The position numbers were made by a program, and so were the translations under genes. This document shows, in pieces, positions 1-14,769 of a stretch of 64,000 nt of DNA. The stretch covers positions 56,482,001-56,546,000 of the forward strand of contig OZ076418.1 in assembly GCA_964187785.1 (NCBI GenBank), read 5' to 3'. Origin of the DNA: Amphiscolops sp. MND2022. Taxonomy: Eukaryota. The notes beneath the pieces are model-generated. The model was given only the letters and a program-made list of their open reading frames with translations. It was not told the origin of the DNA and did not search any database. Position 1 is the stretch's first letter; each line of letters starts with the position of its first letter.

Positions 1-1167
1 TTCTGGTAATTTTGGAGTCTATGTTCCAACCTTCAAAATATGCGTGGTTTGGATCTTCTGAAAGGGAAGAGCGATATATAGGTGGACTCATGTTTTTAAT
101 GTGTTCTATTAGTTTGTCCAAATATTTAAGAAAGATTTTGGTATTGATTGTGCAATATTTTGTAGGTAGAATGTTCTATAATGTTTGTAGGTAAAAATTC
201 CTTGAACAGGGTTTAAATTAGTTTGAAAAAGTGTCTGAGAAGTAGGTATGTTTTGTATCTAATGTAATAAAGGTAAGAGTCTAATTGTTCTCGAAGAAGA
301 TAGTATGTATAGAATGAGATTCAGTTTCAAAAGGAAGTGGTTTTGAATTTTGGAAAATGAGATTGTCTAAACAGGGTTAGATATCTTGAGTTCTAGAATG
401 TAAAAGTACTAAAAAACTGGTGAACTTTTGAAACTAGTCCATATCGAGTATCAGAGTGTGTTTTTTAATGGAAGAAGTGGTCACCAAAAAGGACTTGAAA
501 AAACAATGGTATGTTATAGATAAACGTTGAATAGAAACGGAATGCAGGATATATGCTTGAAAAATCCAAGAAGTAGAAGTTTAAAACTAAGGGTTATAAG
601 ATATTGTAGGTTCGAAACTTTAAACTGAAGGTGACAAGTAATTGGCCAAAAACAAGAGCAACAATAGCTAAGAGACCTAACGAAAACCAAAGACCTATAA
701 CAAACTATACAAAACTATCAACAGAATGCATCGAAAAGTGTGTTTATATCTGTTGTCTTTGTGAATTTTTTGATAATTACGTTGCATGGAATAGATGTTG
801 GTATTAAAATATTTTATATAGTTGTATAAAAAGGATGTTAAATATCTCGTGTTGGATAGCTTGTTATGTATCTTGTATTGGAGAATGTATTGTATACCAG
901 CGGAGTGTTAAAAAGGAGTTTTTGTTATCTAAGAAACTAGTGATATAGTGTTCTAAAAGTAGTGTTGTAGGATCAAAATGTATTTTTATGTCTGAGGTGT
1001 GAAGCTCTTAAAACTGTGCTATCACGAACAAGTTGATACTTGCTAGAACTAGAACCGAGTCTACTTGCAGGTGAATTGTTGGATAGAACTTCGAAGAAAA
1101 ACAACAACATGTATCGCACCTCTGCGGTGGGGGATAAGAGAAAACTAACACATATCACTTTATTTGT

Positions 1168-1281
1168 GGTTGGAACGGAGACGAATTTTAACCACACGAA
1201 TCACTGTTTAAAAGGTTGGAACGGAGAAGAAAATTACCAACACGAATCATTGTGTAAGTATTTGGAACGGGGAAGAAATTT
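1168..1281. repeat. ~46-47 bp tandem repeat, 2.5 copies
   Basis: Units begin ggttggaacggagacgaatttt (1168), ggttggaacggagaagaaaatt (1214) and tttggaacggggaagaaattt (1261). Confidence 0.8.
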
Positions 1282-1437
1282 AACTGAGAGGAATTACGTT
1301 GGGTACCTAGTCAGAACCATACCAAACCACGAATTAATTTTCGGTGAAAATTGGCTGGAAGGAAATGTTAAAATGTGTATATGATTCTAAGAGGAGGAGA
1401 AACAGTGTGTCGGACAAAAAGGTATTTTTCTTTTTCA

Positions 1438-1596
1438 CTAGTTCTGTTCTGAGAAACTAGCGAGATACGTTCAGGACATCTGCCAATATTATAACTATAT
1501 AACTGTCATTTGATTAATATAGTTCTGTTCAATCGGGAGATACTTCAAGACATCTGCCAAAAGTATATCTATTTAATTGTTATATAATTAATATAG
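1438..1596. repeat. Two diverged ~75-80 bp tandem units
   Basis: tagttctgttc...gagatac.ttca.gacatctgccaa...attaatatag occurs twice in succession. Confidence 0.6.
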
Positions 1597-4559
1597 ACTA
1601 ACATCAATGGGAAACATCTTGGGAAACAAACATCGCTAAATTTTTTAAAAGAATTGAAACCAAAGACATATCTTAATTTCAGAAGCATCGCTAAATAGAA
1701 TAGTAGATATCACCTTCTGGAAGAACTAAAAATCGCATGCCAGGTTGTCATTTTAGTTAATTGTCAAGTCTATAACGATACTTGAAGTCATGTACAAATA
1801 AAGACTTTGTGATCATGTATCATGACATCACAGTGTCATGATGCGTTGACAGGTTGCACCTTGATTTCGGGTCTCCTCTGACATGTTTGGGGCTGAAATG
1901 GCACAACAGTGGGCTTTAATGGCACAACAATGGCACAACAGAGGTCGGGGTGATCCTGTATCCAATTGGGACGTGATTCGTACTTTTTCGTCTTCCTTGT
2001 TGCTTTTCGGTACCTGCTTGGTCGGTCATCTATATTATGGTGTTATATGTTATCGCACTTTTTGAAATCTTCGAAGAAACTTTGTACATCGACTGGTTGA
2101 GGTTACATCCACCCCGGGCCGCAGTTTGTCGTCCTCGGCAAACGAGAGGAAATGATACATACTCACTGGGTTTCAGCAACAATGTTTCAACTTTTTGCTT
2201 TAGTCTAGCTAGTCAAAAACATTCTACACCGAGTTTGTAGCACTTTTTTGGATGTTTTAGAGAATAAAATCAGTTTCGGTTACAACACTTACCATTCATT
2301 CGATTCAAGCCTGATTAAAAAAATCTTTTCTAAGGATGATAACACTTACGCGACCTTCAAAGATCCGTCAAATTGTGAATGCAGAATTTTGAATTTTACT
2401 TTTTCAAGCAGAAAGGTAGCAAGCCAGGTAGTAAGTAAACATTAGTTCGCTGTAATCTAACTAAACAAACTATAATGACACATGGTATGTTAACATAAAT
2501 TGCACTTACTTTTAACATTATTGAAAAGTTGCTTTTTGTTTTGCTTAGTTTTCTTGTTGGAATCCGTTTGATTGCCAATGAACAGTTCCTGGGAGAAATC
2601 ATTCTCTTTAAAGATCAATTGCTGCATATTGACTCAGCAAATCTAGCGCGACCATTTCAGAAAGATGTAAATTTTGTTGAACAAGGCTAGGAATCTCGTT
2701 TGAGTTACTTGCGATTGCATTTGGGCTATCAGCATAGCAATTCCTGCTACAAGTGTTAGCGTAGCTCCTGATTGGAGTTGATTCTCAACCGTAGCAACCT
2801 GGTCGACTCTACCGTTCAACTCCCAAACCGTTGTGGAAGTTCTAGACTCACTAGACTCAGGTGGTCTTGCTGGACTATTCTTGGTGACATTAGGAGACAA
2901 ACTATAAGAGGTAGAAGGCTGGTATGCGGTTCCTTGAAGAATTGACCATTATCAACTGATAAATAATAGATAGCACCTGGGTACTGCAGTGAAGAAATGG
3001 TGATTGCACTGAAGTGCCGCGCAGTGGCAATGGGATAGGACTTGAATTGAAAAAAAAACAGGCTACATATGTTGATAAAAACGTTTCGTGATTTTTTCAA
3101 ACCAAATACAATCAGGGGGTGAGTAGACTATCAGAAAAACGCTTCCGACAGTTTGCGTTAATAAAGGTTCAACAAATGGTTAAAACGAAACAGGATTGAA
3201 AGTTGCTAATCTTGAGTGCTTCCGGTGCTGAAACTAACGTGTGCTTGTTTATTGCTGTTGTTTGCTGAGCCTGATACGGTTGATACGTATACTGCATCGT
3301 GGAGAACTATTTCAATGTGTTGGCAAATTGAATGATCTCTGAACATTGCATACCAGGTTTGTACTACGTTAATCGATCTTTTGGGGTCTTAAATGGGAAA
3401 GCAAACATGTGAAATGTGATCTTGTGTGACCTTGTTTACTCGGTCGATCAAACAGAGATGTAATATGTCATGTAACATGGGATGTTTGTTGGATGCTCTC
3501 CTGAACAACAAGAATATGTCAATATTCCATGATGCGGTTGGTGACTTGACTCAGTGGGTATCTTTTCATATAACTGGTCCTTGGAAAATCTCATCTTGCC
3601 CTTATTCTAGAATAATGTAGCGCCTCATCGCTGAACAAGACGTAAGGTCCGCTGGACAGCGCGCTACCACAGTACCGCGAGCTTGCAAGGTTTAGTTTTC
3701 GTATCAGGATAACAATAGTAGATGGTTTGACTGGACCTTCAATTGCGTTGTCAACAATTTTCCTGTAGAGGTAGTCGGACTGCCTAGATGCGGTGTTAGG
3801 TAGTGAAGTATGACCTTGCGGTCTTGCTACACTGTCCTGTGCAATGACCATTTTCCCATGTTCGTGCAAGACCAATCATGGACCACTGCGATGATCCCCT
3901 TCACTGTTACAGGGTTTCCAAAAGTGTAGGTGTGTTTATCCGATAAGCGTATCTTGGCTTGACGACAGAAAACTAGAGCTAGTAGTTGTAACCAATGGTA
4001 GCTGAGGAACTTTCCACGAATTATATCTGTTAAGTGGAAAGAAGGAGTGTTGTCTAACTGCACGAGTTGGAGGTCTTGAATGGTCTGTTGTAAAGTATTC
4101 AGGAAGCCTTACAGTTGGAGCAACATGTATAGGTACAAGAATTTCATTAATCCTCTAGTACAGTTCCTACTAGTACAAGTTTCTACTAGTAGTTTCCTCT
4201 GGGATTTCTTGTACTAGTAATCCTCTAGTAGTAGTTTTTACTTCAGAGAGTAGTTGTACCGATGGTAGAGGTGAATAACCTGTATCAGGTATATGTTCAA
4301 TATCTATTTGATGTTGGAGTCGAGATGTTTTGATGTCAGTGGATGTTTGTAGTTGACAAGTATTTCTACTGCTTCTGGATTTGGTAAAAGGACCAGAGGA
4401 GTATGGATTGGTGATGGTTGCCATTGAGAACATGGAGTAATCTGTATTTCAGTAAAAGGTGGTCTGTCAGTGTTTAGAGGATTAGGTGTGGAAAAATTAC
4501 TAGATGAGGTTTATAACTTTGAAAAGGGGAGACTTGGAGCATAATGAGATGTTTCAGAA

Positions 4560-7500
4560 GAAGAATCCAGGATCATAGTTTATAACTTGGTTATGACTGG
4601 GTTTAGTTTTTCAAAGTCACTAATTTCCATTCAAGCAAAGGGACTGAATGATATTTTTCAAAAAGTTTTGACTGTGATATGAAAAGACCACAATCTTTCC
4701 GTTGTTGGTGTCTCAGATTGTTATTGGTTTCGGTAATTTGTCCGTTTGAAGCGTGAGAACTTGGAAATTGGTTTTGAGATTGGTGACATGTTCTGTCCAA
4801 AGGAGGAATATTTTGCTTTGTTTTCCTTCTTGTGAAGAAATGTCGTGAGAAAAGGTATCGTTTGAATTGAAAAGGGATGATTCGCTATTTGCATATTTGA
4901 ATAGTTGTGAAGTATCAAGTTTGATTTAGTCAGAGAAACGCTTGAAATTGTGAAGTGAGAACATAGGACTGGTTCTTTTGGATAACAGGGTATAGGTTGT
5001 TTCGATGTGTATGAAACATAGAACCATCTTGAGAAAGACGTTCATTTGTGACATCGCAAAATCATGTGCAGAGTTTCGTTTCAAAACAAAAGTACCAAGC
5101 GAAATAGGTGTTCCTTCATGATACGTTTTCGTTACATAGGCTTTTGAATATACTTTTCAAATTGTATAATCGTAGAGGGTAGCATATATTTCTAACAAAG
5201 CAGTTTCTACCGCAAGAGACCATTATGAAAAAGGTTTAGAAGGTGTAAGATTGAAGAATGCATTGAGATCGGTTTTGTCATATTTGAATGATCTGGAAAA
5301 GACGAGTGTGCAAAGCAATTTCATGAGGAGGAACATTTCATGATAAAAAGGAATGTGAATTACGTGCATACAGATGCATATCAACTTGGTGTGCAAAATC
5401 TTTTGGAGTGTTTTGAGGGATTGAAGGAACATCCGAAGATATGTACCAAGGTTTTTGTTTTGAACATCAACGAGTCCGTTTGTCCAATGTGAGTAGGGAG
5501 AGAGTGTGGCAGTACGTCTTCATGTATATTAAGTAATATACAGGTTTTGGAGTGTTATTTTGTAGAATAGCGAAGTCAATTTGAGACGAAAGTTTAAGTT
5601 GATTAACCTGTAGTTCAGCTTTACTGAAAGAAGGACTGAGCATATCAGCGACAGAAGGAATTTTTCCACGGGTGTGAAGAATTTTGAGTCTTGGAAACTT
5701 TTTGTTGTTTACATTTGTGCAAAATAAAAGCGTGGATTCAGACTTTCCTTTTTTTGTGAAACAGTGAAGAAAAGGTTCATGATTAGTAAATATGTGATGT
5801 GGATGTGGTTTTCCCCATAATAAACTGTTTAAAGAAAAGCGTGTACTATAACAAGAAGTTCACTGTCAAGGTGGGAATTGTTTGTTTTTGTGGTTTCAAA
5901 AACCTAGAGTTGTATAAAATGACCTCGTTAACTTGGAAAAGGCCAGCACCTAATCAAATTAATGAAGCGTCAACTGTAAAAAAGTTCATGTTTTGTATTT
6001 GGTGTTGTAAGTTCTGTGTCAGAAGTAAGAGCAGTTTTTAATTGTTGAATAAGAGATAAGAGTCATGATCAGGAGTCCAGTTCCATAGAGTTTCCTTGCG
6101 AAGAAAATCATAAAACGGTTTTAGTTTGATGTGAAGCTTTTCGATCTTTTTGGTGTAGAAATTGAGTGCACCTATGAAACTAATAAGGGCAACTTATGCA
6201 GTAGGAGAAGGATGTTTGTGAATAGTAGCAATTTTTGAAAGTTAAGGATTTGTCGTTTTGTAACCGTTTTCATGTCCAAGGAGTTTAACTTTTAGTAACA
6301 TAGAAAGGGATCTTTCGGGAGCGAGTTGAGGGTTATGTTTAGTACTTATTATATGAAATTATTCAATAAACTGAAACTTATGTTCTTGAGATTTTGAGAG
6401 AAAAAAAATATTGTCATTGTAAACGGGAGGAAAGCGATGGTCTATAAGAGATTTGAATGAGTCCAACGTTTGTTCAGTGAAGGAATTAGGAAGGCAACTG
6501 AGACAATAAAAGCCTCGAATAAAAGAGAACGAATTATCACCAGATGAGAAGCTGACAAGTTCTTTAGTTTTTTGTCAAGAGGTGTACGTGCATAGGCGTA
6601 CAAGCATTATATAGCACATTTATTTTTCTTTGCGCGGGCTAGTTGAGGAGTAAGAGGTTCAATAGGCTAAAATTAGCCTGATTGGTCTGTAAGAAAGTTA
6701 GGACTTCTAGCAATAAAAACACTTTTAATAGAGTCTCCTTTGTGTATTGTAGTAAGTGGATTTTTACAAATGGTTCCGTATGTAGGTTTATCATGGGGAG
6801 ATGAACGAATTTGTTTTTTTTTAAATTGTGTTTTTTGAGTTACCTAGGAAGGTCGTTCAGTTTGTCTGTGTAATTCTTTGGTACTTTGAAAGGACCTTGT
6901 GTGATAAGTTGGGCAATGGGTTTGACTCATATAAGAAATGGTGTTTCAATTTTACCAAAATCATTTTTATGTGTAGCATCTCAAGTTCTTTGCTTGAGTA
7001 AAAAGTTACAAAGCGTTACAAATACAATGTCTGTAACATCAGAAAAATGAAAGCTGAATTTTTTGAAAAAATGAATATTTTGTTTGTGTATGTGAGAAAG
7101 GGAAGATATGAGTAGTATGTATGAGAAGTAGGTGGAACATTATAGTGAGAAGAGGATTTGTTTTGTTGTGGAGGAATCTGTCCTGTGAATGTGAATGGAG
7201 TCTTTGGATAAGATAGGTGCGAATTTAGTATAATTAGGAAGGTCTTCCAGTTGATGTTTGAATTTTAACGTAAAATCATGGATCATCCGCAAAGTACACA
7301 GAAGAAGCTTGTCTATGCACTTCAATGATGTTAATATTTTGTATATACTCTCCAAAGAAAGGAGTTACAAGGATCATATACTTAACATCTTCTACTGCGA
7401 ATGGAATTATGAATTGACGAGGGTTGTCTTTTTTGGTTGTGTTAAGTGTAAGAGTTACATAGTGTAGTGTAGGAATTTCATTTGATCAGCAAGTGTTAGA

Positions 7501-9400
7501 GTTTTGAAGCGTTAATTGTTGAATCATTACATGTGTTGTTGAAACATTTTGTAATTGTAATGTAAGTGGTAGTTGAGTACAGAAAAAGAAGCACGACTGT
7601 CTAAAAGGAATAAATTTTCTGTACGCGATGGACAGTCATGTTTGTTGTTACCTTTCCGGAGTATGTAAAAACTTTTGGACAAGAGTAAGGGCTTCCACTT
7701 CACATAGTTCCTTTGAAATGAAAATTGTTTTTCGATGGCTTGTACAAAAGCAGATCAGAGTTATTCATATAAATCGTTCAAACAAATTTACTAACTATGG
7801 TCTGTACCAGTCAGTGAACATTGTACAAACTTTATACACCTCCAACTTACAACAGAACATGAGTACAAGTTTTGGCACGCTAGAGGTTTTGCTTTGAAAG
7901 CCAATCGTCTAGCGTGCCAAAATTTATATTCTTGTTCTGCGGTAGGTTGGATTCCTGATGAGAATGTAAGACGTGCTTCTATATGTTGTAAATGTTGTTC
8001 AGGTGTAACTTTATATTTTATACCATAAAAGTTTTCATTAGATTCCGAAATTGAAGCAGATAAGTTTATATAGGTTGGATTTGAAACTGTAGGTAAAGGT
8101 ACTGTAGATGAAGATTTTGTCTGATGATTGATATTTGATTTAGGAGGTACGTTATGTATTGTTGTAAGTGGTCGAACATTAGATGTGTTAAAGTGAGGAT
8201 TGTTTCTTATATTGATTGAAGGAACATGAAGAAGTTGGAAATGAGTAAGTTGTAGTGTAGTTTGTGTATTATTAGAAAGATGAGATATAGGGAGTGATTA
8301 TATCTCGATGGTTTGTTTTTGGTGTTTTTTGCTGATTATGGAAGTGGTTGTTCTATATTATTCATGTTAGTGCTCGTTATACTTTAGAAAAGCCGATTAT
8401 TAGGAGTTGGTGGCATTATAGGTCTAGAAATAGTTCTCGAATTTGTATAATTTGATAATGGATTTGCATGTATTGTATTGACAACAGGTTGTTGGTTACT
8501 GAGGTGAGGATTTTTAAGCAGGAGTATATGGTGATGTACGAATAGTTTTTTGCCTTTTGGAGATGTTGTCTGAAATTGAATTTCAGTAGCGTTTTTTCAA
8601 AATTGTATACAAAGCTTTTATAATTGTGTTCGAAAGACCTTGTTGAGGAGTTCTGAAAAATGTATAACTTGATAATGGGATTGCATGTATTGTATTGACA
8701 ACATGTTGCTGGTTACTGAGGTGAGGATTTTTATTGTGTTCGAAATGGTGAGGATAGAATCTTCATGTGATGGTGCAGGTGGGTAAGCAGTTCGAGGAGA
8801 AATTTGTTGAGGTAAAATTGTTGTTGTGTTGTATTGGTCTTCCCTGTAGATGAGGTAGAAGGATCATATTATTTGAGCTTGTTATTTTCATTTTCTGTTT
8901 TAGTCTTACAGGGACAGTACATAGGATCGAGTCTGCAGTGACAGTTATACTATGGGAATCTGTAGTAGTTTCATATGCGACCGTTGATATCTTGTCTAAA
9001 ATGATTGTGTTTTGATGTTGTTGCGGTAATATTTTTTTAAACTCAATTTGGCGCTGTTCGTGAATGGTGAGGTGTACCTTCATTTGGATCCGTTTGTGAT
9101 TTATCAACATTTAAAATTAAATAGGGTGTTTCTAAGAAAAGACTAGAAAACTTATAGGGTCTACCGTCAGATGTTCCAGATTGTTCTACAATGAAATGAT
9201 TGCCTAATACAATAGGTCCAAAATATGGTATAAGCAATGCTGTAGCAAATTTGAGTATTAAATGTAAAAAAAAACTGATCAAAAACTGGTGAAATAACGG
9301 CAAGAGTCGTCCCGAATTAAAACGAGAGGAATTTAAGAAAGCGTACAATATTAGCAGTGCGCGAGCCGCTCCAGGATGGTGCAACAATGTCATAAGTCAT
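4560..9400 (-). mobile_element. Decayed Gypsy LTR retrotransposon A (gag-PR-RT-RH-INT remnants)
   Basis: Minus-strand translations: protease-like FIIPFAVEDVKYMILVTPFFGEYIQ (~7330-7440); RT VKLLGHE...KIATIHK.PSP and FIGALNFYTKKIEKLHIKL (~6120-6300); integrase core SPYSHWTNGLVDVQNKNLGTYLRMF (~5430-5520); integrase C-terminus LSQDGSMFHTHRNN..PCYPKEPVL (~4960-5060). Many stops and frameshifts; boundaries approximate. Confidence 0.8.
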
Positions 9401-10819
9401 TGACAACTTCGCTAGAGAATTTGGACATCGCCACGGGAAATATTACTGAAATTTTCTGTAGTTATTCAGCTAAATAGGTCTAAAATTCCCGAATCAAAAA
9501 AATTTACGTAAGGGAAACGTTAAAGTCCAGAAAAGGATTTTGGCCCTAGCTACTTCCGGTTTAACCTTTTTCTTGAACATTTTTACTACCGGTTTCGTCT
9601 TCTACAATTTCCATACTATTCCATACCATTATATTTCTAAATCATAATATTCCATAAATATGAAAATCGTAACAAAATCCAAAAACAAAACGAGTGCTTC
9701 CCCATCACCCTGAAATTAAAACATTGAAAACCATTTTTAAACCCGCAATCCCAACGGAGTTCATACAATCTGAAATGAAGTAACCATACAGAAAAGTACA
9801 GTAGATTGTTTTCGATCATAGAAGTTGTCAAAACTGACTTGATTTACAGTCAAGCAATATAGGCAATTAATCACAACGTAATGACTACTTCGCTCGACAG
9901 TATTGACACCTTGTTTTTTCCAACTTAGCGAGCCAATACTGTGCGTCTTGGTTGACTTACTTGAGCTCGGGCCAAAAGGAGTGATTTCGTGACGTCATTG
10001 GCTAAGATAACAAGAATGCACTCCTACGCTCTTCGCAATTCCGCCATCATTATCGCCAATCTTAATACACTAGGGGACGCAACGGAGCGCTTGTTAAATT
10101 TTAGTTATGAAAGGAAGGTCTTTGTTACGGTTCAAATAAACATCCTAGCAACAAATGCTAGTTTAATTAGGACTTTAGTTGGGTTCTCAATTGGTGAAAA
10201 GATGTGCTGTAAGATGAGAAAGAAACTGACTTTCGATTCTGAATTTCATACAAAAGTCAATCGGAAAAAACTTTATCCATCTTCCTCTGGACTGTTATTG
10301 ACCACTTTATCTTGCAATTCAAAATAATGCAACAAACAATTTGTAATTGTTCTTTTGCGCAGTGAATTGTTTTCCCAAATTAATGTGATAAAACATGAAA
10401 CAGGTTTACAGAAATGTCTGAGGTTTTTTTCGTAGTTATGATAGGTGATATGCAAAGATGTAAAATATGAGTTTTGTTGAACAATATGCATTTGTGTTTA
10501 CTATTACCTTCAATGGTAATCATTGGAAACTCTCAATACAAGCTCAGCATTTTTGTTCTCACTTCAGCAACTTGGAAATCAATTAAATGTTCATGCTTCC
10601 GTCCATTCGTCGATCGGAAAGTCAAGTAGGCTTTCGTTTTGCCGCTTTTTTGACGTTTCAACAGGAAATGCATTTGCCTCAACAAATGTGACGAAGAAGT
10701 GGCGCAACGAGGAAAATTGAATCCTGATTATGGGACGCGGTACTTAAATGTTATGAATAAACAGGGTTTTAGAACGAACCCGACTTTTATGATACCTAGA
10801 AACTTCTAGGTGAGGAGAA

Positions 10820-13800
10820 GATGACAACTATAATCTATCCTTGATGAATTCAACGACATCTTCGACACCCAGAGACGACACAACAGTCTACCAGTGCCAA
10901 TCAACCTTAAAGAAGATCGGATGGTCATCATGTACCGCTACAAAATCATCACGACGCTATTCTCCTCAAACAATGCCAGCCCCATCAATGTGCAACGCAA
11001 ACCCAACAAAAAACGAAGATTTCGATGGATTTACGCAAAATCAACGAACTCATTTCAATTGACAACATCAACAACCACCATCTCATCAGCACCCGCTGAG
11101 ATGCAGCGCAACACCTAGCAGGCGAAAAACCTGTTCTGTGAACTCGTCTGATCTCGAGCAATTCACTGCCTCTAGATGGACAGTAGAATTCCCTACTTTT
11201 AAGTTTGCTAGTAGAACGTTTGCATACCGCAAACTAGCCCAAGGGCTCAGCAGGTCCTTATAAACATTCTCGAGTTTCCTTCCAGAGTCTTTTGACACAG
11301 TCATCAAGCAGACCAGTGGGCTCATTACGTAGACGACATCGAGATTACGGAGCAACTGATCAAAAAATTCAGAGCCCTCAAAAGTATCATGAAGACTGGT
11401 TTAAAACTGCCTACCATAAAAGGCAAGTTTGGAGTAAACCAAGTCGAATTCATTGACAGAACAATGGAGTAGCACGGCAAAACAACTGAGTCACAAACTT
11501 TCTGCCAAAAGTTCGCTTCCCAAATGTGGAAAAGCAAGTGCAGAAATACAACGAGTTTGTGAACTACTACAGAAACTACATACCACGTTTCTCTGGAAAG
11601 TTAATTGCGATGTATGAACTCCTAAAAGCTGATGCCAAAATCTCCGTCTCTGAAGAACTAGTCGACAACTTCAAAGAAATGATCGCTAGGCTGGCGGAAG
11701 CCTGTGCACTCACTTTACGACAGCCAGTGGCTGGACAACAGTACGTCCTTATGGCGGATGCAAGTCGACGAGCTCCGGGATACGCATTGATGATAGAAGT
11801 AACTGATGAACGGAAAATAAACGAAAGACATTCGCCCCAGGAGCGTTCGGATCATTAGCTCAACTGAAAAAGTTAATTTATTGCAAGGAACTTCTAGCAG
11901 TATATCACGCCTTCCTTGAACATAATCATATAATGAGGAAACTACTCTACCGACACTAGTAAGGACGGACAACAGATCTGTAACCAGATTCTTTCACTCC
12001 AAAATTAAAATGTCTGCTTTGTGGAATGCCTGCGACTACGTGTTACAGTTCAACATCCGTATCATCATCACGTAGCAGGCTCTCAAAACACTGCGGCTTT
12101 TGTATCGAGATTGGAATTCACTCCCAAAGAGAAACTTCAACTGAAAATACGTGACGACATACTTACGTCACCTGTGGAAGTCAACCTTCAATCAACGGAC
12201 ATCGCAGATAAAGAACAGTTTTTCATCCTTCCGAGGGAGAAGAGGAATCCTGAAACAGAAATCTTCACCAGAAAAGGACTCACACCATAGACTCAAACAA
12301 CACGCCATAGACGAAAAGGAATGCCACGACTTCTTCACTAAATAAACCGAAGTGATCAAAATTCCACTTAACTCACAGTCTGCACATTCAGCAGGCGCGA
12401 AAAAAAATGCGCGTATCCAGAACGAACAAGATGCTGACCTTCTCTTCAAAGCGCTACAACTACGAATACTACACGAAGAATACGACGAACACCTCGAAAC
12501 TGAACCAAGAGGGAGAGACATCCTTCGTCGCGAAAAAAAGTTTTTTTATGAACAACAGTGTGCTCATACGAAATAAATCGGAGATGGCACTGTCACGCAT
12601 CACCATACAAGAATGTAGAACAAAAAACTACTATCCAGCACAAGCAGAGAAAATTAACGCATGGGTAACAAGTTGCACCGACTGTATAGCGAATGAGAGT
12701 GTAGACACGAGGTACATACAACCAAAACTGTTCAGCACTTCCGAATTCAAATGGAACCAGATTGCTTAGAAGTAAACATACTACCAAACTTGCCCTCGTC
12801 AATTGGCTACAAACACATCATAACATAGAAGGACGTTTTCTCTCGCTACCTTTTTGCTTACCCTGCGCAGGACATGACTGCCAAAACAATCGGACGATTA
12901 ATCATCGACGTAAAGATGAGACATTGATATCTGCCGAAAGTCACGCTAACCGACAAGGGATCGCAATTCTGATCAAAAGTGGTCCACAGCACAAACGCTA
13001 GACATACGGATGAGCCACGCATCGACAATACTTGCTCATACAAATGGCATCCCAAGGCGAATTCACGCTCTTCGAAAACCTCGCTGAAAATATCAACGGA
13101 AGAACGACGATCATCGTAGCATTTGTACGTACAGATAGCGATGATGAATTAGAAAATTAGCTTTCACGAAAGCCTAGGACGTGAGCCTACAACCGTGTTC
13201 CACGGACAAATTGCGTACAACATATTAGACATCAAACTGGGTCTCAAACCAACATGAAAAAGGTATACCAACGAAGACCTAGGGGATGAATTACAGAAAA
13301 AGAACATAACTTCATCATAGTGCCAAAGTCAAATTGATGCAGTCCTACCTTATGTATAAAAGAAACGACAAGAAAGCGACTGCTACTCCTCTAAAGCTCA
13401 ATGACTAGTGCTACGTCCTTGACCCGAAAGCAGACAATCAGTCAATGAAGAGTTGCATTTGAAGACTGCATTTGGACTTGGCTGTAGATACTCGTCAGAG
13501 TGCTGTCTGATAACAACTACGTGGTCAGAAGAACAGGTACCAAAGACTTCGCCTAAGGCTATATGTAATCAACCAACAAGTAGCTGATGTAACTGGAAGA
13601 TCAATTTCCAGATCCTGAGGGTAAAACAACCCATGAACATTGGTACGCGCAAACTTGGAAAACCGAATTAGGAGAAGTTGTGTTCGGAAAACCTGCCGGA
13701 AGAGGCCACAATTACAGAAGTCGCAGTAACGACAAAAGACGACGCAGTTACAACAGAACTTGAAGCCGTTTAAACAACTGCAGTGGAAAATTCAGAAGGA

Positions 13801-14120
13801 GATAAAAGATTATCCGACAAAAAACTTTAAATCATTCAATCTCGACGTCAGCGATAATCTTTATATCATGTCCTCACCTCCTATAGAGAGCACTCTCTGC
13901 TGCCTAGCATACCTCCTATGGTCGTTGGATATAACCCTGGAAAAGTGGGCAGATATAATTTACGACCTAATCCAAGACCAAACGCTGATCTTGACTTTAG
14001 AATGCTTGGCTCAGTTACAACGGAAAGCCCACGTCAGTCTCAAGGTTGAACAAAACAAGCGAGACGCCAGACCAAACAGGATTGTTTGCATGAATTTTGC
14101 CACCAAACACAGGATAAACC
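10820..14120 (+). mobile_element. Decayed Gypsy pol remnant B (RT-RNaseH-INT)
   Basis: RT HYVDDI at ~11324-11340; ORF 11526-11858 FVNYYRNYIPR...RQPVAGQQYVLMADAS (RT thumb/RNase H); integrase zinc-finger remnant VTSCTDC in ORF 12407-12769. Fragmented. Confidence 0.8.
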
Positions 14121-14769
14121 AATAGCGTCCTGAATTGAGATTCATTTAACTCAAAATATATCAACAAATATTCAAAATAAACTCAAAGGAACTGTTCAAT
14201 AAATACAAGGCACAAAAATGGTTCACATAGTATAGTAAACTTTTGGATGATCATCTTTCGTTTCATTCCCTTCTTCGAATGTGGCTTAGCGCTAGCCCCT
14301 TCATTTTTATCAACTCTTGTGCCCCTCCTTCTATCGATGTGGATGCATCGGCTTTCTTTTGTTGCACAACAGTACTCAGTTTGCTGCCGCTCCCTAAAGC
14401 AACTGAACATCGGCTGATCTGAGCCAATCGATTAGCTCTATTGCACTCGGTAAAACGGTCTACGTCGCATGCTTTACGTGGTTCTGCCTGGTGGGTCACA
14501 TTCAATTTTTTCTGTTCAAATACGATCCAAATTGACGCCTTTGAAAGATATCTCAGAGTCTACCGGCAGCTACAAAGATTACACCGGCACTTTCAATAGC
14601 AGTGCGAACGGTGTCTAGAGTCTGACTACCGAAACGAGATGATGAGAGTAAACCGACCCAAGAACGTATAATGGTACTAAAAACCAGCAGCGTCGAAATT
14701 TTTCAGGATCAAGTTCACGACTTGACAAATCAATAACAACTGAAGGTAGATTACGCTGGGGAACTCTGA

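Noticed and set aside
1-1000. Strand-skewed retroelement-like sequence
   Set aside because: No diagnostic protein motif recognised.
9400-10800. Possible DNA-transposon remnant
   Set aside because: No DDE or hAT motif and no TIR could be supported by eye.
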